Both the position numbers and the translations under genes were made by a program. Below the pieces are notes generated by a model, which saw nothing but the letters and a program-made list of their open reading frames with translations, searched no databases and was not told the origin of the DNA. Below, piece by piece: positions 47,347-58,500 of a stretch of 64,000 nucleotides of DNA; the first letter of the stretch is position 1; each line of letters opens with the position of its first letter. Origin of the DNA: Blastocladiella emersonii ATCC 22665 (taxonomy: Eukaryota > Fungi > Blastocladiomycota); the NCBI GenBank assembly GCA_025594325.1, contig JANHCV010000001.1, positions 310,001-374,000 on the forward strand, read 5' to 3'.

Positions 47347-49290
47347 ATGTACGGCTCCCAACAACGTAGGGACGCACGGCATGGCCCACTCACACTCTCT
47401 CCTCTCCTCTCTCGCAGGACCACACATCGCATCCTCGTGCTCTTTGAGCAGCTCACGGGCATCGCCAACAACGAGTACCTGGCCATCTTCCGCCATGAAG
47501 ATATTCTCGCTGCCACTGCGCGTGAGACCAGTACCCCCGTCAACCAGATCACCGAGGAGCAGTTCAACGAGGCCTGCACGACCGCTATCACGGACCTCAT
47601 CGACGAGGCCTCCCGTGACTACGTCATCCTGCGCCACAACTCAACCGTCTCCATCTCGTCGCGCAACAACATCAAGACGGTGCTCGAGTTCCTCACGCCG
47701 CACTGGACCCCTGCCGCCGACACAACGACCGTCAGCGCGTTCCTCGCGCACGGCCTCGTCCCGTGCGGCGCCTCGCTCATCATGAACGTCAACCCGACGA
47801 TCCCGTCGGCCATTGTCAAGCCCGAGCTGCTCATGGCCGTGACCGTCTTCCTCACTGCTCAGCAACCCAATGCCGGTGCTTCTCGCGCCGCACAGCCTGA
47901 CGCACAGCAACTCACCAAGAAGATTTCCCGTCTCGAGTCCGTCGCCCAGACGACCAAGAAGACCATCGCCGACCTGCGCGACCAGCTCGCCTCGGCCAAC
48001 ACGTCCATCACCACAGCCAACACGGCCGCCAAGCAGGCCCGCCACTGCGCGCAGACCTCGGCCGACGCACTCGCTGTCGCCAACGGTAAGCTCAAGGCGG
48101 CCGAGCTTGAGACCACCAACCTCAAGTCCAAGGTGGGTCACCTCAAGGAGACCATCATCTCGACAGTCGCCCGCGCCGCCGCGGCGGCCGCCGCCTTCTT
48201 GTCTACCTCGCCGGCACCCGTTGTCACGACCGGCATCGATTGGCGCTACTCCCTGCCCACCGAGCAATCGGACGCCTTTGACCCGATTACGTGGCGCCTG
48301 ACCAACGGCTGGATCAACTTCCCCGCCAACGAGATCAAGCACCGTCTACTCTGCAGAAAGCAACTCTGCATCATTGAGAAGGACCCGACCACGCTCAACA
48401 CGGTCACCTTCGCCGGTAACAACGCCGGTATCATCCACTTCTCAAACCTCGACATCATGATCCGCAACAAGCTGCTGTCGCTCATGGGCCACCACTCGTC
48501 GAGCGCCGCCTACACGCACCTCCCCCACGCGTGCGACGTGTGGGCGCACATGATGGACCAGTACCAGAACCTCGACGTACTCATTGAGCGCCGCGACCGC
48601 GCCATGAAGAAGCTCAAGGACCTCCACCCCGGCGCTTTCCCGTCCGCCGCAACGTTCGCCTCCGCGTTCCGCGCTGAGATCTCGCTCGTCGACGCGTGCA
48701 TTCCTGGCACCCACCTGCGCATTGACAAGATCATCTCGCTGTTCCGAGCCAAGTTCGACGGCCAGAGCGAGACGGTCGCGTCGCACATCTCGCGCGCCTG
48801 CAGTAAGACGCCCACCATTGAGGCGCTGTGCAAGAAGCTGCAGGACGAGTTTGGCGACCACTCGTGGGTCCCGCGCACCTCGTCGGGCGCCGGTAAGCGC
48901 AAGCACCACGACGAGTCCAACACGCCGTCGGCATCCTCATTGTTGTCCTCTTCCTCTTCATCATTGTCCTCCTGCACCAACTGCGGCTCCAACCACCACG
49001 ACCACGTCCACGGCAACCTGAAACGCCCGCGCACCGGCGACGACTGCCTGCGCAAGTGCAAGTGGTGCATCTACAAGGACAAGAAGAAGGTCACCGGCCA
49101 CAACGAGATCCGCTGTCCGATCTGGCCGTGGGGTGAGTTCAGCCCGAACCACGACCCGCGCTACAAGGGCTACGAGTTGGGCCCACCGCTGCGCGGCTTC
49201 GAGCCGAGCCAGCGCCAGGGCGAGTGGCACGTGCACAAGTACGCGCCCGCCAACCGCACAACGTTGGGAAACGGCCGTGGGGAGCAGTAG
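47347..49290 (+). CDS. gag: Gag polyprotein (candidate in-frame intron 47349-47417)
   Basis: Long ORF after the leader with a coiled-coil-like region, a copia gag-like core and a Cys/His region (CTNCGSNHH...; CKWC-x10-H-x4-C). Ends with TAG at 49288-49290. Confidence 0.85.
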   Translation: MYGSQQRRDARHGPLTLSPLLSRRTTHRILVLFEQLTGIANNEYLAIFRHEDILAATARETSTPVNQITEEQFNEACTTAITDLIDEASRDYVILRHNSTVSISSRNNIKTVLEFLTPHWTPAADTTTVSAFLAHGLVPCGASLIMNVNPTIPSAIVKPELLMAVTVFLTAQQPNAGASRAAQPDAQQLTKKISRLESVAQTTKKTIADLRDQLASANTSITTANTAAKQARHCAQTSADALAVANGKLKAAELETTNLKSKVGHLKETIISTVARAAAAAAAFLSTSPAPVVTTGIDWRYSLPTEQSDAFDPITWRLTNGWINFPANEIKHRLLCRKQLCIIEKDPTTLNTVTFAGNNAGIIHFSNLDIMIRNKLLSLMGHHSSSAAYTHLPHACDVWAHMMDQYQNLDVLIERRDRAMKKLKDLHPGAFPSAATFASAFRAEISLVDACIPGTHLRIDKIISLFRAKFDGQSETVASHISRACSKTPTIEALCKKLQDEFGDHSWVPRTSSGAGKRKHHDESNTPSASSLLSSSSSSLSSCTNCGSNHHDHVHGNLKRPRTGDDCLRKCKWCIYKDKKKVTGHNEIRCPIWPWGEFSPNHDPRYKGYELGPPLRGFEPSQRQGEWHVHKYAPANRTTLGNGRGEQ

Positions 49291-49320
49291 ACGTTGCGCC
49301 CCAGCCCGTCCCTGCTCCCC
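49266..49320 (+). promoter_or_regulatory. -1 programmed ribosomal frameshift signal
   Basis: G GGA AAC (49266-49272) is in the gag frame, followed by a 6-nt spacer and a 9-bp stem GGGGAGCAG/CTGCTCCCC. Pol is in the -1 frame. Confidence 0.85.
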
Positions 49321-52300
49321 TTCCGCCGCCCGCTCCAGATCCTCGGCACCCGTCGCCACCATCCTCGCGCGTCCACAACGCCATGCTCGTTGACGAGCCG
49401 CCCATCATCTCGCCCAACGGCAAGCCCACCACCCACTCGGACCATCGAAAGTGTCCCACTGACACGCTGCTGGTCGCCTTCACCATCATCGCCTCGCGCC
49501 GCGAGAAGGTGAAGCACTACATCAAGCCCCAGTTCCTCAACAAGGAGTTCGCCAAGCAGGTCGCCCGCTGGCAGACCGCCTTCGTCGGCGACTCAGGCGC
49601 GTCGAATACCATGACCAACGTGTTCTGCCACCTGCGCAACGCGCGCAAGCTGCTCCGACCCATCAAGATCCAGGCCGCCACGGGCAAGCACATCCTCGCG
49701 ACCACCACCGAGAAGAAGCCCGTCTGGATCCTCATGGCCAACACCTTCTTCGTGCCCAAGCTCATTGTCCTGATCGTGTCGTTCAACGTGCTCGCGGCCA
49801 AGGGCAGCGGCTACAAGGTCGAGATGTTCGACGGCGGCGTGAGTATCTGCGCCCGCGACCCTGCCGCGACCTCGTGGGACAGCGCCATCACGCACAAGAT
49901 CAAGCTCGATAACTCGGGCAACGTGCCGCTGCTCAACACGACCATCATCACCGACAAGCGGGTCTTGCACCCCGCCGTCGCCATGACGGACCCGTCCGTG
50001 TTCCTCGACTTCCAGTCGTCAGACAACACCGCCGCCGAGACGCCCGCGCTCGGCCTGAACTTCCTCGACATGCTCGACCACGCCATGCACGACGTGTACT
50101 CGGCCGGCCACGTCAACGAGCCTGACCACCACTTTGACGGCGACGTCAAGTCGTTTGGCTCCAACAAGCCCGTCCCGGCCACCGTGCTCAACTCCATGCT
50201 CAGCGACGCCACTCTTCTACCCGAGGACCCGCCTGCCGACGTCGGGGGAGCAGGTCCGCCGCTCACCGACGTTGGGGGAACCGGTCCGCCGCTCACCGAC
50301 GTCGGGGGAGCCAACCCGCCGCTCGCCACCACCAACGGGGGAGCCAGCTCGCCGCCTGGAGCAGGGGGAGCTGGTTCACCATCCACGGCTGGGGGAGCCG
50401 ACCCGCGCGAGCACAACTATCTCGATCGCCTACTACTCGCGTTCGCGAAACTGACCAAGATGGGGGGAGCGACCTCGGACACGGCCACGGCGACCGGCAC
50501 TGCTGCCGCCGCGTCGTCGGCGCCATCATCTTCTTCGGCACCACCACCATCGCCACCATCCGGCACGGCCGCCGAGACCTCGCCCTCAACACCCGCCAGA
50601 CCTCGATCCTCACCATCAAGATCCGAGGCCAAGTCGATCATCTCGGCGATTATCACGCACCTGCGGTTCGGCCACGCAGGCCGCGACGCGCTGCACCAGC
50701 TGTTCAACCCGCGGTACGGGCTCGTTGAGGAGCACCGCCGCCACCTCGCTGTGGTGGTACGCCATCGATCACGCGAACTTTGTGTGGAATTGAACACCGC
50801 GCGTCGCCCTTGGCTGGAAGACGCCGTTCGAGATGCTGCACGGCCGCGTCCCGAACCTCGCCAACATCCGCGCGTGGGGCGTGACCGCGTACGCGCCTGT
50901 CATCCACGGCTCGCACATCAGCAAGCTCGAGCCAATGGCTCAGCCATACATTTTCCTCGGCCACGGTGACGACGAGGCCAAGAAGCAGATCCTGCTCAAC
51001 CTGTCCACGCGCAAGATCGCGCGCGTGCGTATCGCCATCTTCGACGAGCGCTCGCTCATCAAGCGCGCCACGTCGAGCGTCGAGGCGTTTCGCCACATGT
51101 TCAAGGACCTCGAGACGCACCACGTCACAGATGACGGTGCGCGCTACGATCCCCGCGATCCCGACTACGAGGATCCCTCGTCGCGCACCGATTCGCCTGC
51201 CGTCAACGACTCGACCCCGTCGTCCTTGACCACCTTGCCGCGTCCTGCGACACCACCGGTTCCCGAACCGCGTGTACCCGCACCAGCACCGGCGGTCGAC
51301 CAGGACGACGAGGACAACGCTGACGAGTTCGACGGTCTCGTCTACAACCCCAAGACGGGCAACTACGAGCTGCCGCGCAAGGCCGTCACGACGCGTGGCG
51401 GTCGCACGACTGCGCGGGCGCAGGCCAACGTGGCGGTGTCCCAGGACGACGAGGACCCGCTACCCGACAATTACCCACTCGTGACGCTGTTCCGCACGCC
51501 GCGCGACTCGACCATCGCCAACCGCGACACGCGCAAGAACAGCGGGCATCACGCCATGTCCGCGCAGCAGCAGGAGTCCCCGGCTCCAACCTCATCTACG
51601 CCATCCCCGCGCGACAAGATCACCGCGGCCGCGAGTACAGCACCACCACACCACCTGCCGTGGGAGTTTGCTCGTGAGCCGACTCAGTCGGTGGTCCTCA
51701 CCGTGATCGACGTGCCGCGCAACTTCCACGACGCGTGCAGGTCGACCGACCGCGAGCGCTGGGCCAGCGCCCAGATCAAGGAGCTCACGTCGCTGTACAA
51801 GAACGGTACCTGGACCGTGATCAAGAAGATCGACGTCCCCGCCGACGCCCGCATCATCGGCTCGCAGTGGGTCTACGCGTACAAGGCCGCCAAGGACATC
51901 TTCAAGGCGCGCCTCGTCGCCCGAGGAGATCAACAGCGCGCCGGGATCGACGTCGACAACTGTTACTCGCCCACGGTCTCGTACGCGTCGATCCGCGCCT
52001 TCTTCGCCGTCGCCGCGTCGCGCGATTGGCGCATTCACTCCATGGATGTGTCGTCCGCGTACGTCCACGCTGTGCTCCCGAAACCCGTGTACATGCGGCC
52101 GCCACCCGGTGTCGGCGCCGCTGATGACGACGTGTACCGGCTCAACAAGTCGCTGTACGGCCTCAAGGACGCAGGCCGTCACTGGTACCTGCTCTTTTCG
52201 TTCGAGGTCGAGAAGCTCGGGTTCAAGCACACCTCGGCCGACCCGTGCGTGTTCACGCGCCTGCTCGACGGCCGCATCACCAACCTCATCTGCTACGTCG

Positions 52301-53385
52301 ACGACCTCCTGATCGGCGGCGACGATGAAGAGCAGGTCAAGGGTGTCAAGGCCGACCTCGCCAAGGTCTTCGACATCAAGGACCTCGGTCTCGCCGACTC
52401 GTTCCTCAACATGGAGGTGGTCCAGCACAAGGACTACATCTGGATCGGGCAGACGGGGTACGTCAAGGGCCTCGTCAACCACTGGGAGCTCGGCAAGACC
52501 AACGCGCCGGTGCCCATCTCGCAGCTGCCCGAGTCCGGTATCACCAACATGATGCTCAGGTCGCCCAAGACCGCGGGTATCACGCTCGACGCGGGTACCC
52601 CCGGCGACGACATGTACGACGTGTCGCAGGTCGACATCACGCACTCGACCACCACGCTCGACGCGGACCGCACTCGCGCGTACCAGTCGGTCCTCGGCGC
52701 GCTGCTCCATCTCGCCACCGTGTCGCGCCCCGACATCTCGTTCGCGGTCGGCGTCGCGTCCCGCCGCGCGGCGTGCCCGACTTTCGCAGATCGCAAGGTG
52801 CTCAACCAGATCTGCCACTACGTGTCCAACACGGCCGACCACGGCCTCAAGTTCGCCCGCAAGGCGCCCATCAACGAGTCGATGCGCTGCTACGCCGACG
52901 CCGACTACGCGTGCAACAAGGAGACGCGCCGCTCGACCACGGGCGTCGTCATCTCGATCGCGGGCGCCACCGTCGCGTGGATGTCCAAGCGCCAGCCATG
53001 GGTCGCGCTGTCCACGGTCGAGTCGGAGCTCAACGCCGCCACCGAGGCGACGCGCGAGGTCATCTGGATCCGCGACCTGCTCGAGCAGATGACGCACTCC
53101 GAGATCAACCCGCCCGTCCTGCTCGAGGACAACGAGCCGCTGATCGCCGTGACTCGAACCGATGCCGTGTGCCGTTCCGTCAAGCACATCTCGGTCCGCA
53201 TCGAGTTCCTCCGCGACAAGGTCAAGCGCGGCATCATCTCGCTCCAGAAGGTCGCGTCGGCGCTCAACCTCGCCGACTTCTTCACCAAGGCCATTGTCGA
53301 CGGGAAGGCGTTCCAGTGGGCCGTGTCCAGTCTCGGCCTCGTCCCGCGGTCGCTCATCCACGAGCACGCCGAGTCCGACGCGTAA
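49266..53385 (+). pseudogene. pol: Pol (protease, truncated integrase, RT, RNase H)
   Basis: Protease FVGDSGAS and gag-pre-integrase HLRFGH, then a frameshifting deletion of the integrase core near 50725 and TGA at 50791-50793. The RT-RNase H frame is open to 53385. Confidence 0.92.
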
Positions 53386-53412
53386 GCTCGACTCGCCCGG
53401 CGGTCGGTGGAG

Positions 53413-53789
53413 AGTTCAAGTACACGTGACCGCGTTGCGCCACAGTCACCGGACGCGTGCGACCCCGCCCGCGTCACGCGCGTCACGCGCACCGCGCCGA
53501 TCTCCTTTGTCATCGCCGCGGACCGCCGCACCTCACCCAGCGACGCGTCGGCCCGCTCACATCGGGCGACGCGCCCCCGCATCCCCTCTCTCTCTTGTTC
53601 CTTTGACCAGTTGCTAGTATTAGCCACCACATACAGCCTGTTGTCCTCTCGTGAAGCTCCTCACCGTCTCCTCTTGTGAACCTCTTCATCGTCCCCTCTT
53701 GTGAACCTCTTCACCGCCTTGATCTTCATCTCCACCAAGATCGCACGTCCATCGTGCCGAGCTTCCTCCCAGCCGAGTACGCTTCAACT
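53413..53789 (+). repeat. 3' LTR, preceded by a weak PPT (GCGGTCGGTGGAG)
   Basis: 377-bp copy of the 5' LTR, starting 28 nt after the pol stop. Confidence 0.95.
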
Positions 53790-55529
53790 GCTAACACCAG
53801 CGCCTGATCGCAGTGGTCCTACCTAACACATGGGCCACTCACGCCACTTCCTCCTTCCTCCTTCCTCCTTCCTCCTTCCTCCTTCCTCCTATCTTTGTCT
53901 CACGTCTACTACCTCGACTGCTTGAAAGAGCTTGTTCGAGCAACAAACAAGCTGATCGCCAGCAGTTTCAGCTTGGTTGAGGCAAGGGCCAGCCGACTTT
54001 GGCTACGCCAAGCTGCGGTTAGCTGGCGATCAGACCAGCAATCAGACCAGCCGCTGGCGTAAAGGCCCGCCTTCTACTCAGACAGATCATGTCGGCGAAA
54101 GTTTGGCGAGTAGCTAGCTCGCCATCAGCTATCAGTAGTCCAGCGACTGCTGATTGCCAGCTCAGTAACCTTGGCTAGCGCTGGATATTGCTGTCTAGTC
54201 TTCAGGTATCGCTGGCTAACGACGAGTGAGCTAGACCCAGCTTGAGTCAGCTAGCAAAAGTCCCTAATGTTGGCTAAACGCGAACTCAGCTGACGTGATC
54301 CTGGTACGCGGCGCTTCGCCGACCGCGTACAAATGGTTTCGGTCGCGTGATCGGTTTCAGCCCCAGTTCTGACCCACGCGGTCCAGCTCGCTTCGACCGA
54401 CGATCCCGCTCCCCCGACTGGTCGCTGGCCAAACAGCTCTCGCTCCCACACCAGGAGATGCTCCTTACTCTCGCTTACCAGGACATCTCAGGTGTGTGGA
54501 TCATCCTCGCTTCCTTCTGCCCTGTTCTGTTGCTCTTCCTCTCCATCCTCTGTTATCGTTATAAACTCTCGCTTACCAGGACATCTCAGAACGATTTCCG
54601 GCTAGTGAGTGGTCAGCCGACCGTCACGGTCCCCCACATCTCGCCGTACCAATCCAGCGCAAGCTAAACTCCTCTCAGTTTCCTGATGCGCCAACGCGCT
54701 CAGTTAGGACACCGCCAACACGTCGCCATAGTTTGAGAAACGCGCAAAACAGTACTTTGGCATCTGTATATTGCCTTGAAGTTGAATACTGTATTAATTG
54801 ACCTCTATTAATTGACCTGGCACAAAAAATATTGCGTGTGCTTGGCTTAACTTGGTAAGCTGGAAATAAGAATCAATGCCAATGCATTAAACAGCAAAAT
54901 TTCGAGGTCTACCTCAGCATCCATTTACGGACGTCTACTGCTGAAAAGGGTGAGCAAGGTCTCACTCCGTTGTTCAAGAAAGAAGAGCAAAAAGTGGTTG
55001 GATGACACCGCCGACTGGGTACCCCCTGACAGCGTACTGGTGGCCAACGAGCGGGTTGATGATGGGGTTCGAACCCTGGTGCGCGCTCTCCACTTTCCCT
55101 GCCCCGAAGCCCAGACCGACGGCGACACTTGCCCAATAGCATACGCAATTAAAACTTAACAAGTGCCCCATTGATTCCGACTCCCCGACTCCCCGACTCC
55201 CGGCGTTGGCCTCAACTCGGTGTAATAATAATTGGCGGCCGGTAGCGTTAGGAACTGCTCCCCTCCGTGCTGGGCTTTCAACCCCGCCCCTCCCCCACCC
55301 ATCCCCCACCCATCTCTCACCCCGCCCCACCCAACTCAACCTCAACTCAACCTCAACCTCAACCTCAACTCAACCTCAACTCAACTGGCACCTCGATGAT
55401 ATTTTCCGCTTCCGCGTGTTGAACCTCTGCGATGTGATCAGAGGAGCGAGGAGCGTCACCATGGCCATGGTCATGACCATGGTCATGAGTGATTTGACCC
55501 GTCAGCGACTATGGATCTCGCCGATCTCT

Positions 55530-58500
55530 ATTGCAGCCCACGCGCGCGTGCACGCTGATCCATAGGACCACGAAGCTGGACGCGTTTGGTTGCTCGCCGC
55601 GACCGACGCGGCCGCCGCTCCGCGGCGACTTTTCTTCCGTTGACCGCCGCCTTCACTGCATGAGTGAGCTACGTCGAGGCGCGCGCGACATCGAACCTGA
55701 CACGAAGATCATCCCGCCGAGGGCCCAGATTATATCTCGGCGCGTCTCGAGCTGAGTCGCCAGCGCATGCGTCTCAAGCTCTGCCTGCGCCTCGTGCGGC
55801 CGCTGACCCATCAAGTTCCGAGCTGAGCAACATGTTGAAGCTCTTCATTCAACCCGCTATGAGATCGCCGTCCGACTTTGAGCACCGCCGCCGTTGCTTC
55901 CGCGCCCCGCATAAACGTGAAGAGCGACGCAAGTTCGACCTGGGTGCGGTGTTCACGGAACTCGTGTGCGTGAGGAGCACGGCGCGGGCGATGATCGACC
56001 TTGGGCGTGGTCGCCGCCGCCTTGCCAGCGTTGAGCGGGTGCATGTAGTAGGCAAGTTGGCGGAAAAGCGCGTTGGGTTAGTAGACACGAGCCCTACGCG
56101 GCCGGTAAACCGTGGGAACTGCGCGCACCGCGCGTCATTGCACAGGAGCCATTGCTGCGCGTACCAGGCGGCATGCGCGTGGAGCTGCATCACGACCTGT
56201 GCGGTCGTGCTGACGATGGGCGGCGCGTGGAAGACTAGCTGAGAGATACGGCGCCGGGCGTCATGGCCGCGTCCGGGTCGGTCCCGTCGGCGGTGCGCAG
56301 CGAGCCAATGACAAGGGACGGTTCCGCTGACGCGGTACACGCCGGGTTCTTGCGCCTCATGTACAGATTCTCAACGGCGGCGAACCGTTCCTCACCAAGA
56401 GCATGACGTTGAGCAACTACACGTTGTTGGTCGCGTCGCCGCTCCCCGCGCCATCGGTCGCACCGACATGCGTACAAACTGGCGCGCGTCGAGACCAAGG
56501 CAGTGCGCGAGCTGGTTGGTGCCCTTGATCATGGTACACAGGCGGGTCACGGGAGGGAGAACCACTGGCTGTAGTACCGCTCGACGTCGAAGGCGAGCGA
56601 CGGGTTGCGCGGGGTGGCAGACGCGCTAGGCGGTTGCCGACAACGCGGCGGCGCTCAAACCCGTTGAAGGTGGAGCGGCGGGAGGATCGACGGCCACTCG
56701 CCCGTGGTCTCGGCCGTCGCGGGCACGAGCGTAATGTCGCAGTCCTCAGCAGTACCGTTTACGCCTCGCTTGGCATCATCTTACCGTCAGGGCTCGTTGC
56801 GACATTTCCCCTCGCCTCGCTCAGTGTGAAGACGGCGTCGTGACGAGGTTCAGCGACTTTAATTGGGTCACAGAGATGCCATTGCTGCATGTTAACATGG
56901 TGGAAGCTTCATGGGTGTTTTCATGAGATGAGGAGCGAGCAAAGGGCAAAAAAGGGGTGGCTTATGTAGGTGCTTGCCGGTCAGGTGACGCGTCGCTATG
57001 TGACGACCGCGCTCTAGGTCACGTGGGCTTCATTTTTTCGGGGAGACCACTGGGGTTGAGCCCAGCATTCTGACACTACTCTAGTGTGATTGTGACCTAC
57101 TTCGACGCCTTCGTGAGCGTGGCAAGCTGGAGCGGCAGTGGAGCAGTCAGTCACTCATGTCTCCCACTGCTGCGCCACCTGCCCGCGCCACCTGCTATGC
57201 CATCACGCTCCGACCCCACCTCCAGCTCCATCGCGAACCCCACCAACCGCTGCCATACGACAACCGACGCAGCACAACGGTTGTTGTTGAAGCTCTCGAG
57301 GCTTTGTTTGCGCCAGCTCGGATGCAATATTCCGCTCCTGATTGATTCCAGTCCGCGTGGGTACGTCAAGCGCTCAACGAAGTTGCAAGACAGCGCAATT
57401 GCGCCATAACAGCCATTGCACAATACCAGCGGCCAGCTGATCACGCTCGACCTGATCCGCATAAGGGCGAGAAGACGTGAGTCTACACGACGTACAGCTT
57501 CGCCCACGTTCCCCTCTACCAGGTTCTGCGCATGGTCACGAACGCGGCGGACTCAGACGCAGCGAGCAGGACGGCCTACGCGCAAGGCGTAAGCGAGGGC
57601 AGCGCTGCGGCAGTCTAAGATAAACGCAAGCTCAAGGAGCAGGACAACAAAAACGAGGACAAGTGCATTACGTTCTTGAAACTCAACCTCCCGATCACTG
57701 ACAAGGTCGCAAGTTTCGCGACACGCATCTTGCAATGGGCAAGCTCATTGTGGCAATGCACGCGACCCAGATCGTTTCCATGACGCTGTTCAGCAAGCAA
57801 GTCAGCGAGTCGTCCAACATTGGCAGCATTGAGTTGCGCGCCATGATCTTCATGATTTTGTTCAGGCCGTTCTGAGCTGTCAACGAGGTGATCCCAGTTG
57901 GCGGCGATACGTGGTCGCCGACACTTGACATCTTCAGGAACACGCCTGTGCAGGGCAGCAGCCTGCTCCAGTTTCAACCACTTCTGCAACTACGTGAGCA
58001 CGTCGCCTGGCAAACTGATCTCCAATTCCAAGGCCAACAACAGTGTGACGCCCGAGCAGCTCAACCTTTGACCTGCCATTGGTACTAGCAAGAGTTACAA
58101 CGACAAGGGTAACGGCAAGGAGAGATCATGCCAGTTGGCATCGCGCAAGAAGCTCACGGCAACTACGCGTTTCTTCACAAAATCCTGTTATTTTTCTCCA
58201 AGGCCATCCCAGCACGCGGCCATTTTCCTCATGCCAGGTACACTATGGACTGCTCTCAACTTCAACCACGCATGTGCCCATTCTCCCACTTGAGCTTCGC
58301 CAGCAGCTGCTCAAGGTCGACTCAGATCTGGCGTGGTTTGCGCAGCTTGTCAATGACGGCAACCTGGCCAAGAAGGCCTACAAGGAAGCCCGTTGGATTG
58401 CCGCAGAACGTTTGGTGGAGCCACCTCGCGCTCAACTCGTTCAAGCAAACGGCGGTGTTGCACCACCAGCCATCTCAGTGAAGCTCCTGCAGCAGGAGCA

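Larger units (their letters stand above)
46071..53789 (+). mobile_element. Ty1/copia LTR retrotransposon (7719 bp), defective integrase, no TSD
   Basis: Two 377-bp LTRs (3 differences), a PBS, gag, and pol in PR-IN-RT-RH order (DSGAS; KARLVARG, LYGLKDAGRHW, YVDDLLI; ADADYA..RRSTTG, VALSTVESE, ADFFTK). Confidence 0.97.

Noticed and set aside
49288-49512. Stop-codon readthrough (CAG TAG) as the gag-pol mechanism
   Set aside because: The gag frame closes again at 49512 before the protease, which is in the -1 frame.
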